Origin: Chloroflexota bacterium
GTDB lineage: Bacteria > Chloroflexota > Anaerolineae > B4-G1 > SLSP01
NCBI GenBank assembly: GCA_022707705.1
Contig: JAKJAC010000009.1
Coordinates: 373-47,440 of the forward strand
Reading direction: 5' to 3'
Length of the DNA stretch: 47,068 nt
Shown here: piece after piece, positions 1 through 9,855 of the stretch
How the letters are laid out: each line of letters opens with the position of its first letter
Numbering within the stretch: position 1 is the stretch's first letter
The notes under the pieces: generated by a model
Told to the model about the DNA's origin: nothing
The model's database searches: none
What the model saw: the letters and a program-made list of their open reading frames with translations, nothing else
Translations under genes and position numbers: made by a program

Positions 1-1
1 T

Positions 2-3000
2 GCAGGGATTCAGGCGGCGCTGGACTTGGCAGAGGCGGGTGCAAAGGTGGTGCTCGTGGAGCGTGAAGCCACCATCGGCGGGGTGATGGCAGTGCTGGAC
101 AAAAACTTCCCTACCCTCGACTGCTCCATCTGCATCGAAGCGCCTAAGATGTCGGAGGTCAACCTCCATCCCAATATCGAAATCCTCTCTCTGGCGGAGG
201 TAGACCGTGTTGAAGGGGGACCGGGTGCCTTTCACGTGACCGTGCGGCAACGCGCACGTTACGTTAGCAATGCGTGTACCCGTTGTGGCGAGTGCGCGCT
301 GGTCTGCCCACAGGTGCTCCCCAACGAGTACGATTCTGGCATGGCGGCGCGCAAAGCCATCTATACCCCCATTCCTCAATCTGCGCCAGGACCCTACTTG
401 GTTGATATGGATGCCTGTCTCAATGACCCGCCCAATTACTTACCCTGCGATCGTTGTGCCGTTGCCTGCTCACCCAAAGCCATAGACTTCCTCATGCCGA
501 GGGAGCAGTTGCTCACTCGCGAGGTCGGTTCCATTATTGTGTCGGTTGGCTACGACATGCTCGACCCGCGTGAGTTGCGGGAGTACGGTTACGGGACCTC
601 ACCTGATATCATGACCGCGATGGAGTTTGAGCGGCTCATCAACTCCGCCGGGCCCACGGGCGGCGAGATAATTCGTCCTTCCGATGGTGCCCATCCCCAT
701 AAAATCCTCTTTGTCTTGTGTGCTGGATCGCGGGATCGTCGCCATTATCGCTATTGCTCGCGTTTCTGTTGCATGTATTCGATCAAGCATGCTTACCAGG
801 CGCTGGACCATGGCATCGAGGATGTCACTGTTCTCTACATGGATATTCGCGCCTATGGCAAGGGCTTTGATGGCTTCTGGGAGCGGACTGATTCTGCGGG
901 GGCAAAGTTTGTGCGGGGTAGACCTGCACGGGTGGCTCCGCGGGAATTGTTGACTGAGGAGGATGGACGACTAGTGCCGGACGATGAGGCCCGGGCTTCA
1001 GGTATCGGTCACCGGTCAGTGCTTGCAGTGACTTATGAAAACACGGAAACAGCCCAACGCATCACTGAGGATTTCGACCTTGTTGTGCTTGCCAATGCGG
1101 TGAAACCGCCCACGGGATTAGCGGATCTTGCGGAGCGTCTAGGAATTGGGTTGGATAGCGATGGTTTTCTCAAAGTTGAGGAATTGACGGGCGGGTTGAT
1201 TGCTACAACGCGCCCGGGTATCTATGCCGCTGGGTGCGACACTGGCCCTAAAGATATCCCGGATAGTGTTGCCGAGGGTAGCGGCGCAGCAGCGCTCGCA
1301 CTGGGTCATCTAACCGAGCGTTATTGGCCCCAACTACCCGAGGTGGAACCTATTCCCGAAGCGGAAACCCCGCGGATTGGCGTCTTTGTTTGCCACTGTG
1401 GCAGCAACATCGCGGGCGTGGTGGATGTTGAGCGAGTTGTCGCCTATGCGCATACTCTGCCCGATGTGGTTTTTGCCGATCATCAGATGTTTTCCTGTGC
1501 TGGCAATACCCAGGCAGATATTGAGAATGCCATTCGCGAGCACGGCATCACGCGGGTTGTTATTGCTGCGTGTTCCCCCAAAACCCATGAGAGCACCTTC
1601 CGCGGCGTTCTCATCCGTGCGGGGTTGAACCCCTACCTGCTTGAGATGGCGAATATTCGCAATATGGATTCGTGGGTGCACAAGTTCGAAAAAGAAGCAG
1701 CGACGATCAAGGCGATGGAGATGACAGCGATGGCGGTGGAGAAAGCCCGCCTGCTCACGTCACTGGAAGCCAGTCACCTACCTCTCACGCAGAGTGCCCT
1801 TGTCATCGGCGGCGGGATTGCCGGAATGACGGCGGCGGCAGCGTTGGCGCGGCAGGGTTACGAGACGCACCTGGTCGAGAAGGCGGGGCGGTTGGGGGGC
1901 TTGCTCGCAGACTTACGCAGCCTCGGCCCCGCGGGCTTATCTTCTCTGGATGTGGTCTACGCCAAGAAACGTGAACTAAACCAGACCGGCGTTCACATCC
2001 ACGCGCCTGCCACTATTGAGAACATCGGCGGTGTTGTCGGTAGTTTCCAGGCGCATCTTAGCACCGGTGAAGATCTTACGGTTGGTGCCATCATTGTTGC
2101 CACGGGCGCAATTCCCTACCGACCGCAGGAGTTCGGATATGGATGTGACCCGCGTGTGATCACCAACCTGGAACTGGAGAAGCTGTTGAGTTATAAGCTA
2201 AAAGCAGAAGGTTCCAGTTTGACGGGAGCAGAGCTCTCGACAAGCGGAAACCCCGCCTTCAACTTTGCGCCTTCGACACCCATTGAGCGCGTTACTTTCA
2301 TTTCCTGCGTTGGTTCGCGGCAAGGTCGTATTGGCTGCGCGCGTTATTGTTGCACCTCGATGCTCCACCAGGCGCTGGCGCTGCGGCGTCTGGGGAAGAA
2401 AGTGCGTATTGTGAGTAAGGATATCCGTACGTATAGCCGTCAGGCTGAAGAGCTCTACGAGGAAGCGATGCGCGCGGGTGTGCAATTCTTTCGCTACGCT
2501 GATGACCGTCCCCCACAGGAAGAGGTGGTTTTTGAGAATGGCGAGGTGCAACTCTATGACCACCTCTTGGGCGCCGAGCTGCGCATTCCGACGGATTTGC
2601 TCGTGTTGGTGACGGGACTGCGTCCACCGGAGGACACGTTGGCGGAGCAGCTTAAACTTGCCCGCAGCGAGGATGGCTCATATATGGAACTACACCCCAA
2701 GCTTGGTCCCGTGCAGACGGCGATTCAGGGTGTCTATCTGGCGGGCACGGCGCAGGGGGCTAAGGACGTGCGCGAATCTATGGCGCAAGCCATGGCGGCG
2801 GCGGGCAAGGCGGGGGCCCTTCTGGCGCGCGGCGCCATTGAGAAGGAGCCGCTGACGGCGAAATACATCTCCGAAGCTTGTATTGGCTGTCTACGCTGTG
2901 TGAAAGTCTGCCCCTTCAGTGCGATTGAGCAGGTGGGTGAGCGAGGCAAGCCCGGTGCAATCCGCATCACTGAGGCGGCGTGTATGGGCTGTGGTAACTG

Positions 3001-3487
3001 CGCTGCTGAGTGCCCCACGCAGGCGATTGATATGCCTTATTTCACACGCCAGCAGATTAGGGCGCAGATTGACGCCGCACTGGCGGATAAACCGGGCGAG
3101 AAGGTGCTGGTTTTTACCTGTAACTGGTGTTCATACGCCGGCGCGGATCTGGCAGGTATCGAAAAACGGCAATATCCGCCTTCGTCTCGTATCATCCGCA
3201 CGATGTGCTCAGCGCGTTTTGAGGAAGACTTCATTGCAAGGGCTTTCGAGAAGGGGGCGGGAGCGGTCCTGGTGACCGGTTGTCGCCTCACCGATAACGG
3301 CTCAGACTGCCATTACAATTACGCCAACGTTCACACGCAGAAGCGCTTCGAGCGGTGGCATAAGAAATTCGTCAAACAGGGCATTGCCCCGGAGAGGCTA
3401 CAGCTGCGGTGGATTAGTGCGGCAGAGGGCAAGGAATTCGCTGAGAAACTGGCGGAGATGGATGTGATTGTGAAGGAGAGCAAGTGA
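2..3487 (+). CDS. HdrA-like heterodisulfide-reductase subunit A homolog: two tandem HdrA-type FAD/FeS modules, a 2x[4Fe-4S] ferredoxin and a C-terminal MvhD domain (5' partial, runs off the window)
   Basis: The frame is open from nt 2. It reads AGIQAALDLAEAGAKVVLVEREATIGG, the HdrA N-terminal FAD-binding region, so the TTG at 26 is not the true start. Module 1 has CTRCGECALVCP, CSRFCCMYS and VFVCHCGSNIAG. Module 2 has a second GGGIAGM Rossmann motif and CARYCCTSM. These are followed by CIGCLRCVKVCP and CMGCGNCAAECP. The C-terminus (FTCNWCSYAGADLAG...VTGCRL) is typical of MvhD. Confidence 0.85.
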   Translation, partial: AGIQAALDLAEAGAKVVLVEREATIGGVMAVLDKNFPTLDCSICIEAPKMSEVNLHPNIEILSLAEVDRVEGGPGAFHVTVRQRARYVSNACTRCGECALVCPQVLPNEYDSGMAARKAIYTPIPQSAPGPYLVDMDACLNDPPNYLPCDRCAVACSPKAIDFLMPREQLLTREVGSIIVSVGYDMLDPRELREYGYGTSPDIMTAMEFERLINSAGPTGGEIIRPSDGAHPHKILFVLCAGSRDRRHYRYCSRFCCMYSIKHAYQALDHGIEDVTVLYMDIRAYGKGFDGFWERTDSAGAKFVRGRPARVAPRELLTEEDGRLVPDDEARASGIGHRSVLAVTYENTETAQRITEDFDLVVLANAVKPPTGLADLAERLGIGLDSDGFLKVEELTGGLIATTRPGIYAAGCDTGPKDIPDSVAEGSGAAALALGHLTERYWPQLPEVEPIPEAETPRIGVFVCHCGSNIAGVVDVERVVAYAHTLPDVVFADHQMFSCAGNTQADIENAIREHGITRVVIAACSPKTHESTFRGVLIRAGLNPYLLEMANIRNMDSWVHKFEKEAATIKAMEMTAMAVEKARLLTSLEASHLPLTQSALVIGGGIAGMTAAAALARQGYETHLVEKAGRLGGLLADLRSLGPAGLSSLDVVYAKKRELNQTGVHIHAPATIENIGGVVGSFQAHLSTGEDLTVGAIIVATGAIPYRPQEFGYGCDPRVITNLELEKLLSYKLKAEGSSLTGAELSTSGNPAFNFAPSTPIERVTFISCVGSRQGRIGCARYCCTSMLHQALALRRLGKKVRIVSKDIRTYSRQAEELYEEAMRAGVQFFRYADDRPPQEEVVFENGEVQLYDHLLGAELRIPTDLLVLVTGLRPPEDTLAEQLKLARSEDGSYMELHPKLGPVQTAIQGVYLAGTAQGAKDVRESMAQAMAAAGKAGALLARGAIEKEPLTAKYISEACIGCLRCVKVCPFSAIEQVGERGKPGAIRITEAACMGCGNCAAECPTQAIDMPYFTRQQIRAQIDAALADKPGEKVLVFTCNWCSYAGADLAGIEKRQYPPSSRIIRTMCSARFEEDFIARAFEKGAGAVLVTGCRLTDNGSDCHYNYANVHTQKRFERWHKKFVKQGIAPERLQLRWISAAEGKEFAEKLAEMDVIVKESK

Positions 3488-3615
3488 TAGAGCAGCTGAT
3501 TTCGTTGTTGAGGGCATCCCCGGCTTAGGCGCTTTGCTGGATCAGCGTCTTGGGTGATTCGACTTCCTGGAAGACGAAGCGGTAAATCTGGTTGGGGTGG
3601 CATTTGGGGGGCGCT

Positions 3616-4782
3616 ATGGATTTACAGGAACCTGTCTTTACGCTCGATGATGTGCTCTGGGAACGCCTGCTTGAACTGACCGGTGGGGAGGCGGCGTTAT
3701 GCTTTCAGTGTGGGACGTGTACCGCAACCTGCCCCTGGGGATTGGTGCGGGGTGAGACGGTCTCCGTGCGCGAGTTCATCCGTCGCGTGCAGCTGGGCCT
3801 GGAGGCGACGGAGGCGCTTTGGCTCTGTACTACGTGCGCCCAATGCGAGGCATACTGCCCACGGGGTGTCTCTATCGCCAGCATTTTCCGCGCGCTGCGG
3901 GAGATTGCCTGGGAGCGTCGTGAAACACCTGAAGGTCTGCCTTCACTGCTGTGGTCGCTTTACTGGAACGATAATACCTGGAGCCAACCTCCCTCGCAGC
4001 GAGCGCAGTGGGCCAAAGACCTGGCGATTCCTGTCTTCGACCCACAGCAGCACGAGATTCTGCTCTACGTTGGCGGTGCAGCCTCTTTCGATAATCGCGT
4101 GCAAAAGGTTGCCGCTGCGCTCGTGAAGGTACTGCGCGCTGCAGAGGTTGCCTTCGGCATTCTGGGGGCGGATGAACCACCTAGCGGCGCAGATGTGCTG
4201 GATGTGGGGCATCGCCCTTTCTTCGAGGAATTGGCGGCGAAAACGGCAGCGGTTTTTCGGGAACGCGGGGTGAAACGCCTTATCGCGCTTTCGCCGCACA
4301 GCTATGACGCTTTCAAGAATCACTACCCATTTGTGAGCGAGAGCTTTACGCCGCAACACTACGTTCAATATCTGGCGGAACTGCTAGAACTGGGGCGTCT
4401 CAAGCCGCTCCTGTCGCTAGAAGCCACAGTGGCATTCCATGATCCGTGTTACCTGGCACGGCACAACGAGGAGCTCACTGCGCCGCGGCGTGTGCTGGCA
4501 GCTTTGCCAGGGGTCGCGCTTGTGGAGATGGTTCACAGCGGTGCGGATACGCTCTGTTGCGGTGGTGGGGGCGGGCGTATGTACCTTGAGACCGCAGCGG
4601 GCGAGCGTTTCTCCGATGTGCGGGTGGAAGAGGCGCAGGCAGCTCTTGCGCCAACTGTGGGTACGCCGATCATGGTAACTGCTTGCCCGTATTGCATCGT
4701 TTGCCTGGAGGATAGCGTCAAGGCGCGCAAGATGGCGCTGACAGTGAAAGATATCGCGGAGATTGTGGCGCTTACAATCTAG
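3616..4782 (+). CDS. HdrC/HdrB-fusion-like (HdrD/GlcF-type) iron-sulfur protein with a CCG domain
   Basis: The N-terminus carries CFQCGTCTATCP and CTTCAQCEAYCP ferredoxin motifs. The C-terminus carries CCG-domain cysteines (DPCYLARH, LCCGGGGG, ACPYCIVCL). The ATG at 3616 follows a GGGGGG run. The ORF-track start at 3592 is a GTG extension. Confidence 0.8.
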   Translation: MDLQEPVFTLDDVLWERLLELTGGEAALCFQCGTCTATCPWGLVRGETVSVREFIRRVQLGLEATEALWLCTTCAQCEAYCPRGVSIASIFRALREIAWERRETPEGLPSLLWSLYWNDNTWSQPPSQRAQWAKDLAIPVFDPQQHEILLYVGGAASFDNRVQKVAAALVKVLRAAEVAFGILGADEPPSGADVLDVGHRPFFEELAAKTAAVFRERGVKRLIALSPHSYDAFKNHYPFVSESFTPQHYVQYLAELLELGRLKPLLSLEATVAFHDPCYLARHNEELTAPRRVLAALPGVALVEMVHSGADTLCCGGGGGRMYLETAAGERFSDVRVEEAQAALAPTVGTPIMVTACPYCIVCLEDSVKARKMALTVKDIAEIVALTI

Positions 4783-4794
4783 CTGGAGGTCAAC

Positions 4795-5796
4795 TTGGTC
4801 AAATCACTCTATGGCGTCGAAGAAGCAATCAACACGATCTGGGTCTTCCTTGAACAGCATGAGGGTGTGTTGAAGCCGGTCTCGCTAGAACTGCTGGGCA
4901 AGGCGCGGGAACTGGCAGATGACGCAGGTTGGTCTGTGGTTGCGCTGCTCGCGGGCGCGGAGGTGGAGGTTTTGGTGCAGACGGCTTTCGCTTACGGCGC
5001 GGATGAGGTGCGGTTGGCGGAGCATCCGCTGTTGGCGAATTTCAGTGTTGAAGGCTACACGCATGTGACCTGCGAGGCGCTGCTGGCGGCGAAACCCTCC
5101 GCTTTCCTGCTCGGCGCGACGCCCGACGGGCGTGACCTTGCCGGGCGACTTGCCGTGCGCTTGCGCACTGGACTCAATGCTGACTGTACCGATTTGCGTC
5201 TCGATCCAGAGACAGGCGTGATGGTGAGCGAGGTTTCTGGCTTTGGTGGTGGTGTGTTGGCGTTGTTGCAGATGCAGTACCACCGACCGCAGATGGCTAC
5301 CTTCCGCCCGGGAGTTTTTCCGCTTCGCGCGCCTGACCCTTCGCGACGGGGAAAAGTGATCTCTGTGCCGGTGAGACTACCACCCGAGATGCTGCATACT
5401 CGAGTCGTCGAGCGTGTTGTAGGGTCGGGGCTTGACCTTAGCCAGGCGCCGGTGTTGGTCGTCGGTGGGCGTGGCGTTGAGGGCGACTTCGACACGCTGC
5501 GGGAGATCGCCTCCTTACTCGGAGGCGAGGTTGGCGCCACCCGCCCGCCTGTGGATGAGGGCTACATCGAACGCGCGCGGCAGATTGGGCAGACCGGCGT
5601 TGTATGCCGGCCCAAAGTTGCACTTGTTTGCGGGGTTAGTGGCGCCTTCCACTTCGTTGTCGGTATTCAGGACGCGGATACCGTGATTGCCATCAACAAC
5701 GACCCCGGAGCCGAAATCTTCAAACACGCAGACTATTGCGTTATCGGTGACGCGCGTGAGGTATTACCGGCATTGCTTGAGCAGTTGAAGCTCTAA
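4795..5796 (+). CDS. etfA: electron transfer flavoprotein alpha subunit (FixB-like)
   Basis: A TTG start lies 5 nt after GGAGG (4785-4789). ETF-alpha motifs are present: LLGATPDGRDLAGRLAVRLRTGLNADCTDL, and the C-terminal FAD-binding region GVSGAFHFVVGI...AINNDP. Confidence 0.85.
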   Translation: MVKSLYGVEEAINTIWVFLEQHEGVLKPVSLELLGKARELADDAGWSVVALLAGAEVEVLVQTAFAYGADEVRLAEHPLLANFSVEGYTHVTCEALLAAKPSAFLLGATPDGRDLAGRLAVRLRTGLNADCTDLRLDPETGVMVSEVSGFGGGVLALLQMQYHRPQMATFRPGVFPLRAPDPSRRGKVISVPVRLPPEMLHTRVVERVVGSGLDLSQAPVLVVGGRGVEGDFDTLREIASLLGGEVGATRPPVDEGYIERARQIGQTGVVCRPKVALVCGVSGAFHFVVGIQDADTVIAINNDPGAEIFKHADYCVIGDAREVLPALLEQLKL

Positions 5797-5815
5797 AGTG
5801 GATGTTGAGGTGAGC

Positions 5816-6604
5816 ATGCTTCAAATCATCGTCTGTGTGAAAATCGTTCCCAAGCCTGAAGAAGTTCGCGTTGACCCGGAGACCTGGCGACTGGATCGTG
5901 GTTCTGCACGGTCAGAGATCAACCCGCCAGACATGAACGCCGTGGAATTTGCGTTACAGCTCAAAGAAGAGTTTGGGGCGCATGTTGAGCTGCTTTCGAT
6001 GGGTCCGTCGTTCTTTGAACCACTCCTGCGTGTGGCGCTGGCAATGGGCGCAGATCACACCACCCTGCTCAGTGATCGGGCGTTTGGCGGCGCGGATACG
6101 CTCGCGACGACGTATACGCTCGCTCGTGCCATCGAGAAGCTTGGCGGGGCGGATCTGGTGCTGTGCGGTGTGGAATCCTCCGACGGCGCCACCGGGCAGG
6201 TGCCGGCAGGCATTGCCGAATGGCTGGGTTGGGCACAGCTGACCATGCTCAACACTGTAGTTCTTGATCTAGAGCGGCGCACCGTACGAGGAAGGCGCGA
6301 AATTCAGGGAGGGCATGAAATATTAGAGGTCCCTTTGCCTGCCGTGCTTTCTGTGGAGACCGCGGCAAACGAACCACGTTTCATGGATTACCGCATTAAG
6401 CCGTGGGCTTTCGCGCCGGAGCAGCTAACGGTTTGGAATGCTGCTATGCTCGATGCTGACCCTGAGCTTATCGGTATCCCCGGTTCTCCTACCGTCGTTG
6501 GCGGGTTGGACCAAGCGCCATCGCGTGAGCGCAAGCATATTTTCGTGGAAGGAACTCCCACTCAGGTTGCGCGTCGTTTGACAGACCTCTTGCATCAGGG
6601 TTGA
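5816..6604 (+). CDS. etfB: electron transfer flavoprotein beta subunit (FixA-like)
   Basis: The product begins MLQIIVCVKIVPKPEEVRVD and contains INPPDMNAVEFAL and GADLVLCGVESSDGATGQV, all typical of ETF-beta. The ATG at 5816 is preceded by GAGGTGA. The ORF-track start at 5798 is a GTG extension. Confidence 0.85.
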   Translation: MLQIIVCVKIVPKPEEVRVDPETWRLDRGSARSEINPPDMNAVEFALQLKEEFGAHVELLSMGPSFFEPLLRVALAMGADHTTLLSDRAFGGADTLATTYTLARAIEKLGGADLVLCGVESSDGATGQVPAGIAEWLGWAQLTMLNTVVLDLERRTVRGRREIQGGHEILEVPLPAVLSVETAANEPRFMDYRIKPWAFAPEQLTVWNAAMLDADPELIGIPGSPTVVGGLDQAPSRERKHIFVEGTPTQVARRLTDLLHQG

Positions 6605-6613
6605 TCCCGAGAG

Positions 6614-8932
6614 ATGCCTCATCCACCCGATTTCCTCGCTCGATCCAAGGTGGTTCTGGCTCTGAACCGCCTACTCCGGCTTTTGCTGCCTTCTCTGGCA
6701 GCGGGTCTGATAGCAGGCGTCATTGCGGTGACGGTCTCCATGGCTTTTGCCGCTCTCATTTTCACCGGACCATTAACGCCATTTGTTTTTCCTGGTGTCG
6801 GGATCATGCTTCTAGGCTCTCTCGTAGTTGGCTTGATCGTGGGCTTGACCAGCTCCTTGCCCGGTCTAGTCGCAGGTGTGCAGGATAGCACTGTGGTGGT
6901 GTTGGCGCTTGTCGCGGCGAATATCAGCCAGACTATGCTGCCCGATGCGCCACTGGAAAATGTCTTTCTCACGGTCTCGGTCACCATTGCGCTCAGCACC
7001 ATCCTCACTGGGGTCTTGTTCTTGCTGTTGGGCGTCTTCAACCTCGGTAATCTGATCCGTTACATCCCTTATCCCGTAATCGGTGGTTTCCTGGGAGGAT
7101 CGGGCTTGTTGTTGGTCTTTGGCGCGCTGGCATTGATGGTCGGGGCTCCGGTTTCAGCCTTGCAGCTCGCGCCACTGGTTGATCCCAGGCTGCTGGGGCG
7201 TTGGTTGCCTGGTTTGGCTTTCGCCATTGTTTTGCTCATTGCCGTTCGCCGCAGTGAGCACCCGCTCACCGTTCCGGGAGTGCTTGCCGTAGGGGCGCTT
7301 GTGTTCTTTGCGGCGTTGGCTTTGATGGGTGTCTCCGTTACCGAGGCAACGGCTGCTGGTTGGCTTTTGAGCGCGCCCGCAGCAACTCGCGGCGCCCTTT
7401 GGTATCCGTTGCCGTGGACGGTGTTAGAGCGTGTGGGTTGGTCTGCGCTGGGGCGAGAGATTGGCAACCTGGCGGTCATTGGCGTCATCAGCAGCGTCAA
7501 TTTGCTGCTCAACGCCACCGGTATTGAGATTGCCACACGCCACGATAGCGATCTCAATCACGAGTTGCGTATCACCGGTTTGGCGAATCTCCTCTCTGGG
7601 GCGGGGGGCGGTATGGGCGGCGCCCACGTCCTCGCCGATTCGACGCTGGCGTATCGCATGGGTGGCGCAACGCACCTGGTCGGTGTGTTCCTCGCATTGG
7701 TGTGTGGGCTGGTTCTGACACTGGGGGGAAGGCTGCTATCCTTTTTCCCTACACCGCTTCTGGGGGGGTTATTGCTCTTCTTGGGCCTGGATTTTCTCAT
7801 CACCTGGGTCTATGAGGTACGTTTTCGTTTGCCAGGTTTTGACTATGGCATGATCCTTGTCATCCTGGTGGTGATGAACGTGGTGGGGGTCTTGGAAGGT
7901 GTTGGGCTTGGCCTGGCTCTGGCAGTGGTGCTCTTTGTAGTGGATTACAGCCGGGTCGGCGTTGTCCGGCACGTGCTTTCTGGCGCCGAATATCAGAGCT
8001 TTGTGGAACGCCCTCATCTCTACCGCCAGCTGTTGCGCCAGAAATGTGATTGGCTCTATATCCTGGAATTGCAAGGTTTCGTTTTCTTCGGTACAGCCAA
8101 TACTTTATTGGTAACGGTGCGTGCCCGTCTTGCCAATACGGCGCGCGCCCAACCGCATTTCATCGTACTGGATTTCCGCCAGGTAACAGGTCTGGATGCG
8201 TCAGCAGTATTGGTCTTTACCCGTCTGGTGCAGCTGGCGCAGACTCACGACTTGACCCTGGTTGTCACGCACCTCAATCCGCGCTGCCAGCGTCAATTTC
8301 GGCGCGATGTTTTCAAGGGAGATTCTGGGGACCATTGGCGTATTTTTCCGGACCTTGACCACGGCTTGGAATGGTGTGAAGACCGCCTGATTGCTATTTT
8401 CCACGATGTGGGGTTGGCAGCGCGAGCGCGGACGGCAAAGCAGCAACTGGAGGACTTTCTGCCGCGTTCTGGACGTTTTATGGCGTTGCTGGATTTCATG
8501 GCGGAGAGTGAATCACATCAACCAGAACCACCATGCCAACTGGTGAGTGACCTTTCAGCATATCTGGAGCGTCAAGATTTGGCAGCGGGGATGATCCTGA
8601 TCCAGGCGGGGGAACCGGCGCAGGGCATGTACTTTCTTGAAACGGGGACGCTGTCTGTGGAAATTCTGGATGGCGAGGGGCGGTCGCGCCGAGTGCGCAA
8701 GGTGCAAGCTGGCGCGATTGTGGGTGAGCTGGGGCTGTACCTGGGCAATGATGCGACTGCCTCTGTGGTAGTTGAGGAACCTGGCACGGTCTATTACCTT
8801 GCCCGTAATGCCCTCTTACGCATGGAACGGGAGGATCCAGCGCTGGCTGCCATCTTTCACAAGTTTATTGCTCAGCGTTTGAGTGAGCAGGTAATGGATA
8901 CTACCCGCATCCTTCAGGCGCTCTTGGATTGA
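6614..8932 (+). CDS. SulP-family anion transporter fused to a STAS domain and a C-terminal cyclic-nucleotide-binding domain
   Basis: There is a polytopic hydrophobic N-terminal region of about 480 aa. It is followed by a STAS-like block (YILELQGFVFFGTANTL...HFIVLDFRQVTGLDASAV) and then a cNMP-binding block (GMYFLETGTLSVEILDGEGRSRRVRKVQAGAIVGELGLY). Confidence 0.8.
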   Translation: MPHPPDFLARSKVVLALNRLLRLLLPSLAAGLIAGVIAVTVSMAFAALIFTGPLTPFVFPGVGIMLLGSLVVGLIVGLTSSLPGLVAGVQDSTVVVLALVAANISQTMLPDAPLENVFLTVSVTIALSTILTGVLFLLLGVFNLGNLIRYIPYPVIGGFLGGSGLLLVFGALALMVGAPVSALQLAPLVDPRLLGRWLPGLAFAIVLLIAVRRSEHPLTVPGVLAVGALVFFAALALMGVSVTEATAAGWLLSAPAATRGALWYPLPWTVLERVGWSALGREIGNLAVIGVISSVNLLLNATGIEIATRHDSDLNHELRITGLANLLSGAGGGMGGAHVLADSTLAYRMGGATHLVGVFLALVCGLVLTLGGRLLSFFPTPLLGGLLLFLGLDFLITWVYEVRFRLPGFDYGMILVILVVMNVVGVLEGVGLGLALAVVLFVVDYSRVGVVRHVLSGAEYQSFVERPHLYRQLLRQKCDWLYILELQGFVFFGTANTLLVTVRARLANTARAQPHFIVLDFRQVTGLDASAVLVFTRLVQLAQTHDLTLVVTHLNPRCQRQFRRDVFKGDSGDHWRIFPDLDHGLEWCEDRLIAIFHDVGLAARARTAKQQLEDFLPRSGRFMALLDFMAESESHQPEPPCQLVSDLSAYLERQDLAAGMILIQAGEPAQGMYFLETGTLSVEILDGEGRSRRVRKVQAGAIVGELGLYLGNDATASVVVEEPGTVYYLARNALLRMEREDPALAAIFHKFIAQRLSEQVMDTTRILQALLD

Positions 8933-8949
8933 GAGCGTATTTCGTCTGC

Positions 8950-9825
8950 TTAGCTTTTGCGGAATGCGCGATTGTCTGACACCAAGACGGAGACCGGCAG
9001 CAACAATAGCCATAGCACAGACGTGATGATCAGCCCGAAAATCAACACGCCGTAGAACATATCGTAATAGGGTGCGATCCAACCAATGAACAAATCAATG
9101 TAGTTCCCCGACCAGAAGGTTACCAGGTTGAACAGGAAGATTCCAATCAGCAATACAACGAAGCCACTTCTCACGATAAAAATGTCTGCTGTGCTCAACG
9201 TCATCGCACTGCTAATGCTCAAAGTGACATAAAGAAACGCGAACACTGCCGCCGGCGTGTGGTTTGCACCGGTGAAGACGCCGCGCAGGGCTGCGCCCGC
9301 GCTGTTGAAAATTCTTTGAATCAGAAGCCCAACCGTGCGCAGTGTGAAGGTGTCGCCCGTGAGGGGAGTTTGGTCCATCCCCGCGAAGGTGCCGCTGCCC
9401 AGCAATCCCCAAGCAGCTATGTAGATGATGACTGCTCCAACCAGTAAGGGTCCCAATCCGATGAAGAAATCGCCGAATTTCTGCAAGAGGTTGCCCTTGC
9501 GTTCATACAGTACGTACCCCTGAACGGGATTCCACGGATCCAGGCTGAACCATTTCACTTCCTTGATTTTTCGGAAAAAGAGCAGCGCGAATACCACATG
9601 CCCCAATTCGTGTACCGTTGTTCCCAACCATCCTAGCGTCAGCAAGAACAGTGAGGGCTTGAGCAATCCGATGCAGGTTCTACCTATAGAGCGCGCCAGC
9701 GCATTGAGTAGAAAGGTCAGAATCAGCAACGGGCCGAAGAGAATCATGAATTGCGCTAGCGCAGCTGATCCTGACGCGAAAATGTAGCCGGGAATGAGGC
9801 TCAAGATGTTTTCTGCTGTCATCAT
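8950..9825 (-). CDS. polytopic membrane protein with an HExxH motif (putative intramembrane zinc metalloprotease)
   Basis: A 291-aa ORF with about 7 hydrophobic segments. TTVHELGHVVFALLFF lies within a predicted helix. The gene looks more AT-rich than its neighbours. Confidence 0.55.
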   Translation of the reverse strand: MMTAENILSLIPGYIFASGSAALAQFMILFGPLLILTFLLNALARSIGRTCIGLLKPSLFLLTLGWLGTTVHELGHVVFALLFFRKIKEVKWFSLDPWNPVQGYVLYERKGNLLQKFGDFFIGLGPLLVGAVIIYIAAWGLLGSGTFAGMDQTPLTGDTFTLRTVGLLIQRIFNSAGAALRGVFTGANHTPAAVFAFLYVTLSISSAMTLSTADIFIVRSGFVVLLIGIFLFNLVTFWSGNYIDLFIGWIAPYYDMFYGVLIFGLIITSVLWLLLLPVSVLVSDNRAFRKS

Positions 9826-9855
9826 ACCCCCTATACCGGAAGTTTGCGATTTCGT

